Positions 13,901-25,349 of a stretch of DNA of 64,000 nucleotides are shown piece after piece. The notes under the pieces are model-generated. The model did no database searches. It had not been told where the DNA came from and worked only from the letters and a program-made list of their open reading frames with translations. Each line of letters starts with the position of its first letter. Positions within the stretch are counted from its first letter, which is position 1. Source of the DNA: Podarcis bocagei (lineage: Eukaryota); the NCBI GenBank assembly GCA_964188305.1, contig OZ076890.1. One strand, 5' to 3'. Made by a program: the position numbers and the translations under genes.

Positions 13901-14559
13901 TAAGAGCCGAATAATCCACATCTTCAACAGCTAGCAGCTGTACCTCCTTGGATGAGAAGACTGCCCAGTGCTGGGTTGCTTCCCGTTTGAGAAACCATGG
14001 GCCGATTTGGCTTGTTTACCCGGCAGACAACGGGCACCTTCAACTCACCCTCCTCCTGCCTGAGAATTCAGAATTTTGAAGGCTCTCACCCCCCCCCCCC
14101 GAGGCCCAACTTGTCGCTTTATAATTGTTAATACAAATCCAAGTCTCTGTTAAAATATAGGCGCAGGAGCCTGTTTTAAAGTCAACATGCGCTCGTAATT
14201 GTTCGGTCCGCCACTTGCACGTACAAGTCCTGACTCGATGCAGCCGTCAAGTGCCGGAACACGCACCTGTCAATCAGCCCTGAAGGAGGGGAGGGAAGCC
14301 TTTGTTGGACTTTGTTGCCCAATGGTCACAGCTGACGGGAGTTGGGAGTCCTGCAGCGTCTGGCGGACCACAGATATTTTATCCCTACCTGAAAGCATAA
14401 TAACCCTTCTGTGCTATGAAACACATTTAGGAGATGAAGCAAAAGGCGCCCAGCAGTCATGGCATAGCACTAGTCCAATGACAGAGGAGCATTTTTAATG
14501 CCCCTCCTCCCCCCACAATAATACCGCCGTTCCCAGCAGAAAGAATCCCATACAGTAAT

Positions 14560-15700
14560 ATCCTTTCCTTTCTCCCCACCCGCACCGCTTCTGCAGGCTC
14601 AAGATGGCGGGTTTCTACAGCCACCACCCTGGCGGCCGCTCTTGCCGCCGCGTCTATGGTGAACCAAGGGAAGCGTTCGGTCGCCGCAGCAAGCCGTCCA
14701 CTTCCCCGCCTCCTCCCCATGACGGGAGGAGGGAGGGGTCAAGCCGGCGGCGAACAGCAGAGGGCGCTGTGACCAACTCCCGGGTTTATGGCTGCGATGA
14801 TGCAGTTGCGGAGAGCGAGTTGAGGAGCGAGCGGCGGTGTGTGTGTGCGCGCGCTCTCTCTCCGGGCTGCTGCTGCTGCTGCGGTGGTTGCGCCTCTTCG
14901 TCCGTCGCTTTTTCCTGTGCAGGTCCTTTCCCGCGCGCCGGTGTCGGTTGGGCCTGAGCGGAATGTTCCGCAAGGCGCGGCGCGTGAACGTGCGGAAGCG
15001 GAACGAGTCTGAGGAGGACGACGAAGAGCGAGACGAGTCGCCGCCTCAGCAGCAACAGCCGCCGGCGCCGCCGCCGGGAGGGGATGGGCCTTCTGGAGAG
15101 GCCGACCTGCTGCCGGGTCCGAAGCCGCCGCTTCTGCCGCTCCCGACGGGCTGCGTCCCCTTAGCCTGTCCCGGTGGTGGCGGCGGCGGCGGCTTCGGTT
15201 TCGGCGGCCCTGAAGCGGTCGGCCGAGGCGGCGGTGCCGGGTTGACGGCCCCGCAGCTCCAGCCTCCTCCGCCTGTTCTTATCCCTCCCCTGCCGCCCCC
15301 TTCGCAACAGACGCCCCCGGGGAACAACGGGCTGATGCCGACGGCTTCTAAGCTGAAGGAGCGGAAGAACAAGAACAAGGAGGAGCCGCCGCCGCCGCCA
15401 CGCGGGAGCCTCAGCCTCCTCAGCTTCCAAGATGAAGAAGAAGGTGAGCTTGCCTAGCGGGCGCCCTCGTCTCCACTCCCTCGGCCGAGGCCTAGTTGCT
15501 CCCGCTGCCCGGTCAGCGTTGAACTCGCTGCCGTTCGCCTTCTCCACCCCGCTTTGCCTCCCCAATTTGAAACTCGGTTGCTTCAGGCGGGGAGGCTTTC
15601 CCGTCCCCCGCCTTCCTCCGGCCTTTGCTAGCTTACAACCTACCTGCCATATGGCAAAGCGCTTCCGCTTAGGCTGCACGTTACTGCCTACACCATGTGT
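14560..15700. promoter_or_regulatory. PAXBP1 CpG-island promoter
   Basis: Sharp GC/CpG enrichment over exon 1; YY1-like CAAGATGGCGG at 14600-14610; CTCF-like ACAGCAGAGGGCGCT at 14754-14768. Confidence 0.8.
14963..15443 (+). CDS. PAXBP1: PAXBP1 (GCFC1) coding exon 1
   Basis: ATG 14963, MFRKARRVNVRKRNESEEDDEERDE...LLSFQDEEE; donor G|gtgagc at 15443/4; inside a CpG island. Confidence 0.95.
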
Positions 15701-16875
15701 ATCATTCTGCGGTACGATATATATGTGGAATTCGTCGCAGCTCAGAACTATTGAGATTATTCAGTAGAGTAGAAAATAGGTGCGCTTCCGATCGGGTACA
15801 GATGTCACATGTTGGCTTGAAAATGAAATATTGGGGAGAAATCTGTAAAATGGCCGCGGGAGATATTGAGAATGGCCTCCATTTCTCCCCCCCCCCCACA
15901 TTCACACACGACATACATATATGCATATGTCATGTTACATTCAAGTGCTTCATTGTAAACATACATTAAGCATGCATACGTTCTACTGAATTATTGTAGG
16001 AAAGCCCCAAAGATATATCTTAGAGAGGTTTTTAAATGAGGTATTTTGTACCATGGTGTGATGAAAGTAAGTGCATAGTATGAAAGAGTTACATTTTTCA
16101 ATTGCAGCTCTTAATTGTAAACACGTACAGAAGTGTGTGGGGATCTAATTCTTCACTGATCCATGCATTGTTAGAGGGAAAAGCCACATGCAGAGATAGT
16201 CTTGCATGAAAACCGGGTCATAAATGTCAGTCATCACTGGCAGTTCTATTTCTGACCAAAATAAATTTGCAGCCAACAAGTCCTGTTCCCAGAACAACAC
16301 TGTCAGTCTGTACTAAATTAATTGCATGAATAATTTTGTCTGCCAACTTGGTGCTACTGCTTCCTTATTAATGTTAGAGGAGCACTGAGAGACTGCAAAG
16401 ATAGCAAGGTATATTGTTTAAAAGATTTAAACAAGGTATATTGTTTAAATCATTGGATATAAATCTATTTTCCTATTGATATCATTGATATCATTTAATA
16501 TATTTCATTGACAGTGGTGCAAATCCAACCACTGTACCTTGTTAATTTACAAACAGATATTGTTTTGTTTGTATAACCAAACTTTGCATTTCTGTATACA
16601 TATTACATACTTTCCTATTTTTTTACCTAGAGAGGGAATGTTTTTAAAATATTCCCATATAGGGGTCTGTCTTACACCAGTACTCATGACAGTTTGTGAA
16701 CAGCGTGATTCTATACAAGCCTAGTGAGTAATAAGTCTGGCTGTTTGGGGGGGGGGGGCTGACACTCAAGCAGCAATCCTATAACCACTTACCTCTGAGT
16801 AAGCCTCATTTAATTCAATGGGATTTACTATTGAGTTGACACATATAGGGTTGTGCTGTTGGCATGGGAATATAG

Positions 16876-17003
16876 CAGGGATTGGAAACCTGAGGCCCTC
16901 CAGATGTTACTGGACTACAGCTTCCATCATCCATGACCATTGGCTGTGGTGACTGAGCTTGATGTTATTTAATATTTAGAGGGTCACAGGTTTCCCATCC
17001 CTG
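16876..17003. mobile_element. hAT-type MITE
   Basis: TIRs cagggattggaaacctg / caggtttcccatccctg; 8-bp TSD gaatatag / gagtatag (7/8 match). Confidence 0.75.
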
Positions 17004-17518
17004 GAGTATAGGAATATGCACACTGTCTTGCCTTTTAACTGTTGCTCATTTCTGTTTGATATTCTGTCTTGGCCCAACCCCATCCTCACAAAAACAAAGT
17101 AGCCAACAAAAATTAAATGTCTATGAAAAGAGGATGTGGAATTCCTGTAGTGGAATTTCATCTGGCCACCCTATGAAATGTTGAAGCAAGTTTTGATAGT
17201 TGCTGGGGCAAACTAGAGCAGTTTGTTTTTCTCTAATAAAAATGAAACGTCTTTGTTTGATAAATACTCAAGAATAGCTTTATAGTAGGAAGCTGCCTAT
17301 ATAACCCAATATGGTATATGACATCTTTTTCTTTGAGTTTCCTCCCCTCTGGAAGTTAGGCAGGTGGAGAGTGTACTTTATAATTTTCAATGGCTTATAT
17401 CCTATATTTTTGTCATAAAAAACATTCAGAGTCGCTCACAACATAAAGAAAATCAGTTGGATAAATAAAAAAGTAAAACACCAGAAGCAGCAGCTAAAAT
17501 ATCAGAATTTCAGGAAAC

Positions 17519-17592
17519 CATAGAATCATAGACTCATAGAGTTGGAAGAGACCACAAGGGCCATCGAGTCCAACCCCCTGCCAAGCAGGAAA
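17519..17592 (-). mobile_element. CR1 3'-terminal fragment, same subfamily as 12371-13439
   Basis: 17535-17592 is the exact reverse complement of 13373-13430; catagaat repeats at the end. Confidence 0.9.
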
Positions 17593-18613
17593 TGCAGGTT
17601 ATAACAGAGATTTCAAAAACTAAAAGCTGTTAGAACAGAAAGTTCTTAGTCTTCCTTTGATATAACATTTTGGAGGTAACCAGTCAAATCTTTTGTACTG
17701 TTGGGAACAAATGTATTCATCAAAGCTCCAAAATAAACAGTGATATTGTAGGTAGGACACTGAACTGAAACAAACTTGTGTGATAGCTTATGTAGTACTC
17801 AAGTTACCATGCTAAAAGCCAGACATGAACTTTGGACAATTTGACATTGATTTGGTTTATCTACATAGAAGTTTTCAAATGTGTGTTTTGCTGGACCTCC
17901 TTAAGGACTTTTTTTGAAAATGATGTTTTACACTTGGGAATTAATCTTTAAGAACACATCAATTATGAAGGATGCAGTCAAGTGTATATTTCCCTCTAAT
18001 AAAAGATATACAAATATGGTTCTCAGTTACAACTTAAATATATTTTAAAGGATAGCTTGCTATTTATATACATCCTTCATAAGTGACAATACATGCATTG
18101 GTTTTGTATGAATGTTTCTGTACCTGACTGAAAGACTATTGTAAAGAGCAGTCCTATGGAAACAAGCACAGCCCTTGTCTAGAGGCCTGTGGGTAAATAG
18201 AATTAAGAAATGGTAATGTGTGGGTTAGGAAAGCAAAAGTATTCATTTGCAAAAGTATGTGTTGACTTAATGATTGCCTTGACGGGGTGGGGGGGAGCCC
18301 TGTAAATTTAATTTCAAAGAAGAACGTTTAATTTCAAAGAAGAACGTTGCTCTAGGACATGTCAATACACCCTTCCTTTACATGTAGTGAACAAAACAGC
18401 TTATTAATTTGCAGGTGTCCAATTTTGGAACTTAAGTTAAAATTATATTTACCTATTTTGTATTTGTTGTGCTGTTTTCTATGATTTGGTTTAAGATTCT
18501 TTATGAAGAATTGTAAAGTAATAAAATTTAGTTATTAAAAGTGCCTTTTAATTATGAGCATATAGCCTTTAAGAAGAGCATCCAACAAAGAGTTTAAAAG
18601 AATTACATTAAAA

Positions 18614-18614
<1 letters not shown>

Positions 18615-18673
<59 letters not shown>
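18615..18673. repeat. (TG)n(TA)n microsatellite, left flank of the inverted repeat
   Basis: Direct reading; a matching (TA)n tract lies at 19607-19631. Confidence 0.95.
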
Positions 18674-18675
<2 letters not shown>

Positions 18676-18757
18676 TTTCGTAGATTTTCACGGGTACAGG
18701 AATGCAGGTTTTGGTGTCTTCGGGTGTCTTCCCGTGTAAGAGTTGGGGTGTCTAGGC

Positions 18758-18791
18758 GACGTTTCGACGAGGTCTCACTCGTCATCTTCAG
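18758..18791 (-). ncRNA. Minimal hammerhead ribozyme motif (antisense copy)
   Basis: Exact reverse complement of 19519-19552. Confidence 0.7.
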
Positions 18792-19518
18792 GCTGGTGCT
18801 TTCGGCTTCTTGTTACTGGAACAGAGCAGGATCTCAGTGTTTGAGTTCCTATAAATACTGTTGAGGGGGTGTGGTGTATAGCCTCCAACGTTCTGGGCAG
18901 AGAGGAAGTTCCCAGGTTAGTGTGTCTTTTCTTCTTTTGTTCATTAATTACTTGAGGGATATCTTGAGTGATTTATTGAGTGATATTCTGAGTACCACTT
19001 AGGAGGGTCATTAGGTGTACTGCACTTAGTTGTGCTCTGGCTTGGCTTCGTGTATAGGGGCTAAGTGTACTGCACTTAGTTGTGCTCTGGCTTGGCTTCG
19101 TGTATAGGGGCGAGCTGTGGTTTTGTGCCCTGTGCCTACACAGATCTGGCTGGCACAGGGCACAAAACCACAGCTCGCCCCTATACACGAAGCCAAGCCA
19201 GAGCACAACTAAGTGCAGTACAGCCATCTTCTCAGAAAAAACTCTTCACAAGGTCAAGAGGTCAAGACACGAAAGCTTTAGCAACTAATCCACACCTAAT
19301 GACCCTCCTAAGTGGTACTCAGAATATCACTCAAGAAATCACTCAAGATATCCCTCAAGTAATTAATGAACAAAAGAAGAAAAGACACACTAACCTGGGA
19401 ACTTCCTCTCTGCCCAGAACGTTGGAGGCTATACACCACACCCCCTCAACAGTATTTATAGGAACTCAAACACTGAGATCCTGCTCTGTTCCAGTAACAA
19501 GAAGCCAAAAGCACCAGC

Positions 19519-19552
19519 CTGAAGATGACGAGTGAGACCTCGTCGAAACGTC
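19519..19552 (+). ncRNA. Minimal hammerhead ribozyme motif (sense copy)
   Basis: CTGAAGA-T-GACGAG-tgagac-CTCGTC-GAAA-CGTC: catalytic boxes, 6-bp stem II, palindromic ACGT stem III, GUC cleavage triplet. Confidence 0.7.
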
Positions 19553-19915
19553 GCCTAGACACCCCAACTCTTACACGGGAAGACACCCGAAGACACCAAA
19601 ACCTGCATATATATATATATATATATATATATTGCACCTCAGGTGCTATGGGTATTGTTTTGCTATTGGACCTTCTTGCAACAAATTAGGACTTGTGGTA
19701 TTGAGATAGCACAGGAGCTGTGGGTTGGGTTCTCCCATTGTAAGGACTTGTAGCTGTTGTGAAAAACAAACTGGGTTTGTTGATTTAGTCAAGTTAAAAT
19801 GATGGATTTAATATATTTTAATGCACTATATAACACCTTTTATATAGCTGAAGAGACAGTCACTGTTTTGCCGATTTGTAATTTCTCTCATTTATGCTTA
19901 TTTTTTCTCCTAAAG

Positions 19916-20044
19916 AAGCAGAAGAAGTTTTTAAAGTGAAGAAATCAAGTTACAGCAAGAAGATAGTAAAGCTTCTTAAGAAAGAATACAAAGAAGACCT
20001 TGAAAAATCGAAGACAAAACCAGAAACCAATTCTTTAGCAGATG
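19916..20044 (+). CDS. PAXBP1: PAXBP1 exon 2
   Basis: aag|...EEVFKVKKSSYSKKIVKLLKKEYKEDLEKSK...|gtaatc; 129 nt, phase 1-1. Confidence 0.93.
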
Positions 20045-20576
20045 GTAATCTTTATCTTGAAATTATAGCTGAAAAGGAAATGTTATGCTTAAATATTTAT
20101 ATGCCAACTTTCAACCAGCTGAGTGTGGTTTACAAAGTGAAAATATGCAGATATAGTAAACTACATAGTAAAAACAACTGATGGATAAAACCAGAGTAGT
20201 TAAACAATATTGTCTAATGCCTAAAATACTTTAAAAGCTAGGGAAAATAAAACAGTTATTTCTTGGCACTGAAAAGAAATCAGTGTTGGTGCTAGGCAAA
20301 GTTTCCTGGGAAGGGATTTCTTATTAAGCTTCACGTTTTAGTTCAGCCTTTCCTACATGTGCTTCCCCCAACCTTTTAAGGAGCAGTTGAAATCAAATTA
20401 ATATTTCATATTTGTCAATTATTTCACTGCACTTCCTAGTTCCAAAATTCATTAGTTTTGGCCACATCTGTGGACTGCACAGGGCTATTATCTCAGGTGT
20501 ATATAATGTGAGTTTCTAAAAAATAGTTAAATCCCCCCCCCCCAAAGATACTTCAATAGCACACTTTTTTTTCCAG

Positions 20577-20753
20577 CCGAACAGTCTGCTGATAAGACAG
20601 GACAGATTAAAGATGCAATTCAAGAAGATGGGGCTGCAAACAGTGAACAAGGAGAAGAGGAGATGGAAGTTGAAAGTGAGAAAGAAGAAGAAAAGCCAAA
20701 AGCTGTAGGAGCATTTTCAAGTACTTTGTCTTCTCTGAATGTTCTGCGTCCAG
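20577..20753 (+). CDS. PAXBP1: PAXBP1 exon 3
   Basis: ttccag|...EQSADKTG...ESEKEEEKPK...LSSLNVLRP|gttagt; 177 nt. Confidence 0.92.
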
Positions 20754-21710
20754 GTTAGTGTATTTTTTCTCAGGAGGAGGCTATCCTGAGATGAATTCTT
20801 TGCCTTTCTCATTCCATAGGCAGGGCTGTGTCAATCAGTGTACTTGGATGACACCCCATCGCAGTTGCAGTTCCGTTATCTTCACTGCATGGGGGTCTTT
20901 TTGGAGCTGTTGCTCCTTCTTTCTACTTCAGAGACCAGGTATTTTTAGCTGGCCTTTTAAGTCGAAATTAGGGGAAAGGGAAACCAATTCATTATCTTAA
21001 TTAGATCACTTTTTATTAATACCTTAACAGAATATTTAGATTTGATTTAGTTTATGTAATTGATCGGCTTCCATCTTTGAATATCTATTTAAAAGTCATA
21101 GTCCATCTTAATCTTCTTTGACAAATTGATTTTGTATATCTGTCATTTTTCTTGTTGACTTCTGTTTCATGAATTATTTAGAAATAATTCTGGCTTAGTA
21201 AATTTGATTCTGTTGGTCTTATTTACTACTTCAGATTCTACTTAATTGCATTTTCTTCCGATCACAGGAACGTAGCAGCCTGTGGTGGATGTGATGTGCT
21301 TTTTCTTGGAGATCTTGTTCTGTCTAAGCATGTTGAAAGCTTTACATTTTCTCTTTCTTATTTTGTCTTTATCTGATAAAGCACTAATCTCAGCAATGTG
21401 ACTACTCATACAGTATTCAGATATTGTTTGACTTTTACATAACCACGAAGTTGAAAGTACTGCCGCAGCAAGCCTTGCTGTATCAACTCTCTCTTCAATA
21501 AAGCCAGGTCGGATGGCTGCAGGGAAGAAATATTTGGAGGAGACCTGGATAGCAGATTATCCCAGCCTGGTTGAGGGAGTAGGTCATGATGTCTTGCCTG
21601 TGCCTCTGTTGCAGCCAGTTGGAATTAGAATGCAGGTGGAACTGTAGCATGTGAACACACGATTGAATATAACTGATGGCTTTTAAAAAGCACATTCATT
21701 TTTTTTCTAG

Positions 21711-21932
21711 GAGAAATTCCAGATGCTGCTTTTATTCATGCTGCTAGGAAAAAGCGCCAAATGGCTCGTGAGCTTGGGGACTTTTTGCCACTTGACAGTG
21801 ATCCAGGGAAAGGGCGCCTTGTTAGAGAAGATGAAAATGATGCCAGTGATGATGAAGATGACGATGAGAAGCGAAGAATAGTCTTTTCTGTGAAAGAGAA
21901 GTCCCAAAGGCAAAAAATTGCAGAGGAAATAG
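21711..21932 (+). CDS. PAXBP1: PAXBP1 exon 4
   Basis: ttctag|GEIPDAAFIHAARKKRQMARELGDF...QKIAEEI|gtaaaa; 222 nt. Confidence 0.95.
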
Positions 21933-22822
21933 GTAAAATGATGAAAAGTTGCAATAAGTTCCAAATGCTCTGCTGTTGCTATTAAAGGTGTTTGACGTAA
22001 ATTGTTTTCAAAAACTGTATTTTCAGTGGCTTAATAGTATAATGTAATAGTGAGGTTGCATGTTATAAATTCATTGGTAGTTACAGTTAACAGTTTGGCT
22101 TGGATCTAAAGCTTGAATGAAAATCCAGTTGCACAGTTAGGCTTTCCCTCTGCCTCCTTGCTGAAGCTCCCTGCAACCTCCAAAAACACTGCTGAGGCTC
22201 AGGTATTGTCTAGCATATGGCATGGGGAATGCATCAGGAGTGGAGATGGATTTGGGGAAATCATCATGCACAAATGGAAGTGCCTTTCCAGTTATACAGT
22301 GTACTTTTGGTTATTATAGCTTCATATTGGAGTATGAATGAGGAGGATGAGCCTGTGGTCAAACATGGTGCAACTAAAAATGACAAAATATCTGTTTCTG
22401 ATATATGTCACTGTTGCAAGTGTTTATCCACAATTTTGTTCTGCTTCTGCATTAATCTGTGATTTTAAGAAATACAAAAATATGTATTTTCATTCATATT
22501 TTGAAAAGTTTAAACTACTGTGAACTCTGTCGCAACTTTAAGAGAAGTGCAAAATCTGGCTGATAGGGTGCAGAGCCGGTTATTTTGTACAGTAATTTGC
22601 AAAAATCTTCTTTCCTCAAACATACTTGGGTACACCCCAGTTCACTCAACAGAATATGAGGTAGGGGCACATGCCCCCATATTGAGATTCCCTCAGAAAC
22701 AGGGCTACATGTTTGCCTTTTTCATTGAAGGCATGGAAGCTTTAGAAAACTCAAATGCAGTATTCAATATGCCATTATTTAGTGTGTGCTATTCCTACTG
22801 ATTGTTATGTTTTTGTGCTCAG

Positions 22823-22926
22823 GTATCGAAGGAAGTGATGACGAAGCCCTGATTGCTGGGGAACAGGATGAAGAACTCAGTCGATGGGAGCAAGAACAGA
22901 TACGTAAAGGCATTAATATACCTCAG
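22823..22926 (+). CDS. PAXBP1: PAXBP1 exon 5 (followed by a GC-AG intron)
   Basis: ctcag|GIEGSDDEALIAGEQDEELSRWEQEQIRKGINIPQ|gcatgt; 104 nt; only the GC donor keeps the frame with exon 6. Confidence 0.9.
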
Positions 22927-23763
22927 GCATGTATTAAAGGAATTCTAAAATTGTAGTAGCAAATGATGACCCTTTGGCTAAATAAAGCTCCTGATTTGTC
23001 ATCTTACCCCCAATTGCCAGTGCTAGAGGGGAGAAAAGAGGTGTAGATACCTGTGACATAGAGATTTGACAGCTAAGTTCTGAGGCTGACCTTGTCCTGA
23101 CCCATTATTCTTCACTTCTTGAACAGGCCTACTGGTACATGACCAGTGTTTGATAAAACATGGGTTAGATCTAATCTAACATCTAGGTTATATTACTGGA
23201 GTGTGTTATACAGTGCACTGCCTCAGATGAAGGTTTGGAGACTTCAGATGGTACAGAATTTTGCGGCCAGGTTGCTCACCTGGGCAAAATAGTTTGTCTG
23301 TATAATACCAATCCTAATCTGGATGCAAATTAGTTTCCAGGTCCAATTCAGAGTGCTAGTTTTGACCTATAAAGCCTTAAACAGGTCAGGACCACAACTG
23401 AGAGGCGAGAGGTAAATAGAGGATCTGACAGTTGTGGCAATAGGACTGGTTGGCAGTGCACTTTAAAGAATAGAAGAGGGGACCTCCATTCTCCTCCTCC
23501 CATCATAAAAGTGCCCCTTCAGTAAAACCAGGGGTGTAAGCATAGCTGAAAGGACAAATTATCCAAGCAAATCTTCCCTGTTTAATCATTGAATGATGAA
23601 TGTTTTGAGGTGCTTCTTTCCTTGATAAGCACTTGTATACACATGAAACATATACATGGGCAGGTAGAATTTAAGATATAATTTCTAAAAATTGCCTTTT
23701 GGACTGAATTAGCTTTGTGACCTTGTTTTTGTAATAAGGTTTACACATATTTTGTTCCCATAG

Positions 23764-23984
23764 GTTCAAGCAAGTCAACCTGCTGAAGTGAATAACCTGT
23801 ACTACCAGAATACTTACCATACAATGCCTTATGGTTCATCTTATGGCATTCCTTACACATATGCTGCTTATGGATCATCGGAGACAAAATCTCACAAAAC
23901 AGATAATACAATACCTTTCAAAACTCCCAGTAATGAGATGACTCCTGTTACTATTGATTTGGTAAAGAAACAGCTTAAAGACAG
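23764..23984 (+). CDS. PAXBP1: PAXBP1 exon 6
   Basis: atag|VQASQPAEV...MPYGSSYGIPY...TIDLVKKQLKDR|gtaggg; 221 nt. Confidence 0.95.
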
Positions 23985-25159
23985 GTAGGGCACACCAACT
24001 TCTTAAAATTTAAGACCTGTCCTCTAGGTTCAGTCTGGGGGGCAGATGCAGAATTTCATCAATGGAAGCCCATACGTCCTCATTAAAAAAGGAAGAAAAG
24101 AAAACTGTTCAAAAGGCTGTTTGGATTACTTCCCTGGAAATGACCATTTGATCATGTTGAAGATTGGTACATGAAAAGAATGGAGACTGAAAACTAATTT
24201 TGTAGCCAAGGGATTGAAAGAACAGTAATACTTAGCTTACCACATTATATTTTTATGAGAAGTATAAACCATTCTTTTCTGAATAGGTAAACATTTTAGA
24301 CAAAGGCTTAACATTACATTTTTAGTAGTTTTAAATGCTGTAACATTTACTGAAAATTGGAAATAACATGGATTAACTGAGGAGTTGCATGTGCTTCTTA
24401 CTATAAGCATGTATCGTAATGGCTTGAAGGTGAGTCAGATTAATAGATAAATAATGACACCTTTAATCTAAGGTTAAGTATTTGAGTTAGCAAGTTCTTA
24501 ATGTTAAGGTCAGAGAAATTGTTGTGTGCTTCCCATTTCTGTTGAGAGCAACTGGAATTCAGGATACTGAGTATGCAAAGGGAAATGTGGTTAGATAATA
24601 AATACCCTGTATATAGCATAAAGAGCCATATAAACCGGGGTGCTTTATGTACATAATATGTACATAGGATTCAAACACAATTCAGAAATGAGGTAAAATT
24701 GACTAAAGAAACAGCCACTTTTGTGTGTGGTTGGTAGAGGGTACACCAAGGATCCCTGGGTATACTATGCATCAGCTGGAAGAAGAAATAAAAGTAGCAT
24801 ATGTAGTGAGTGTGCAGGGTGCTTTTGGAGTAGAGAAAGATGTGATGCACTCCCTTACTAGGTGGAAAGCTTTGGGTTTATGAATGTTGGGGAGGGTTGG
24901 AAAAGCACAGATTTCGGGGCTGGGGTAGTGTGAGGATGGAGAAACTGACCTCCTTGGACCACCAGCCTGTGTATGGTCAGTGGTCAGTAGAGATGGCCAA
25001 TAACACCTAGAAGGCCACAGTTTCCTCATCTCTTTAAAGCTGTCAATACAGCTTTAAATGTTGTTTCTTGTAGTTTTCTTTACTATAAGAAAAATAGTGC
25101 ATGTATACTGTAGGTTACAGTATGCTTTGGGATGTAAACGTGCGTCCATTGACATTTAG

Positions 25160-25349
25160 GTTGGACTCAATGAGAGAATTTCACAAAGCAAATCAGCAGC
25201 AACATGAGAAGCATCTGCAAAGACGTGAAGAGTCTACCAAGGCAATCGAAAGATTGGAAGGGTCTTCTGGGGGTGTTGGTGAACGGTATAAATTTCTGCA
25301 AGAAATGCGAGGGTATGTCCAAGACTTGCTTGAGTGTTTCAATGAAAAG
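25160..25349 (+). CDS. PAXBP1: PAXBP1 exon 7
   Basis: ttag|LDSMREFHK...ERYKFLQEMRGYVQDLLECFNEK|gtaaga; 190 nt. Confidence 0.95.

Larger units (their letters stand above)
18674..19608. mobile_element. Penelope-like retroelement 3' end present as an inverted pair inside (TA)n
   Basis: Arms 18702-19018/19292-19608 and 19066-19136/19152-19222 are reverse complements; each outer arm carries the CTGAAGA..GAAACGTC hammerhead motif typical of Penelope-like elements. Confidence 0.75.

Noticed and set aside
14788-14823. Short uORF MAAMMQLRRAS* upstream of PAXBP1
   Set aside because: Cannot tell whether it lies downstream of the TSS; unsupported without CAGE data.
14604-14957. 117-aa ORF ending just before the PAXBP1 ATG, plus other overlapping ORFs in the island
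   Set aside because: Stop-poor GC-rich sequence; the ATG is part of a YY1-like motif probably upstream of the TSS; no recognisable protein.
16405-18348. Short local duplications (caaggtatattgtttaaa x2 near 16405-16449; tttaatttcaaagaagaacg x2 near 18307-18346)
   Set aside because: Ordinary replication-slippage events with no functional signal.
18603-19637. Duplicated ORFs on opposite strands
   Set aside because: They result from the inverted repeat; no RT or endonuclease motifs are visible.
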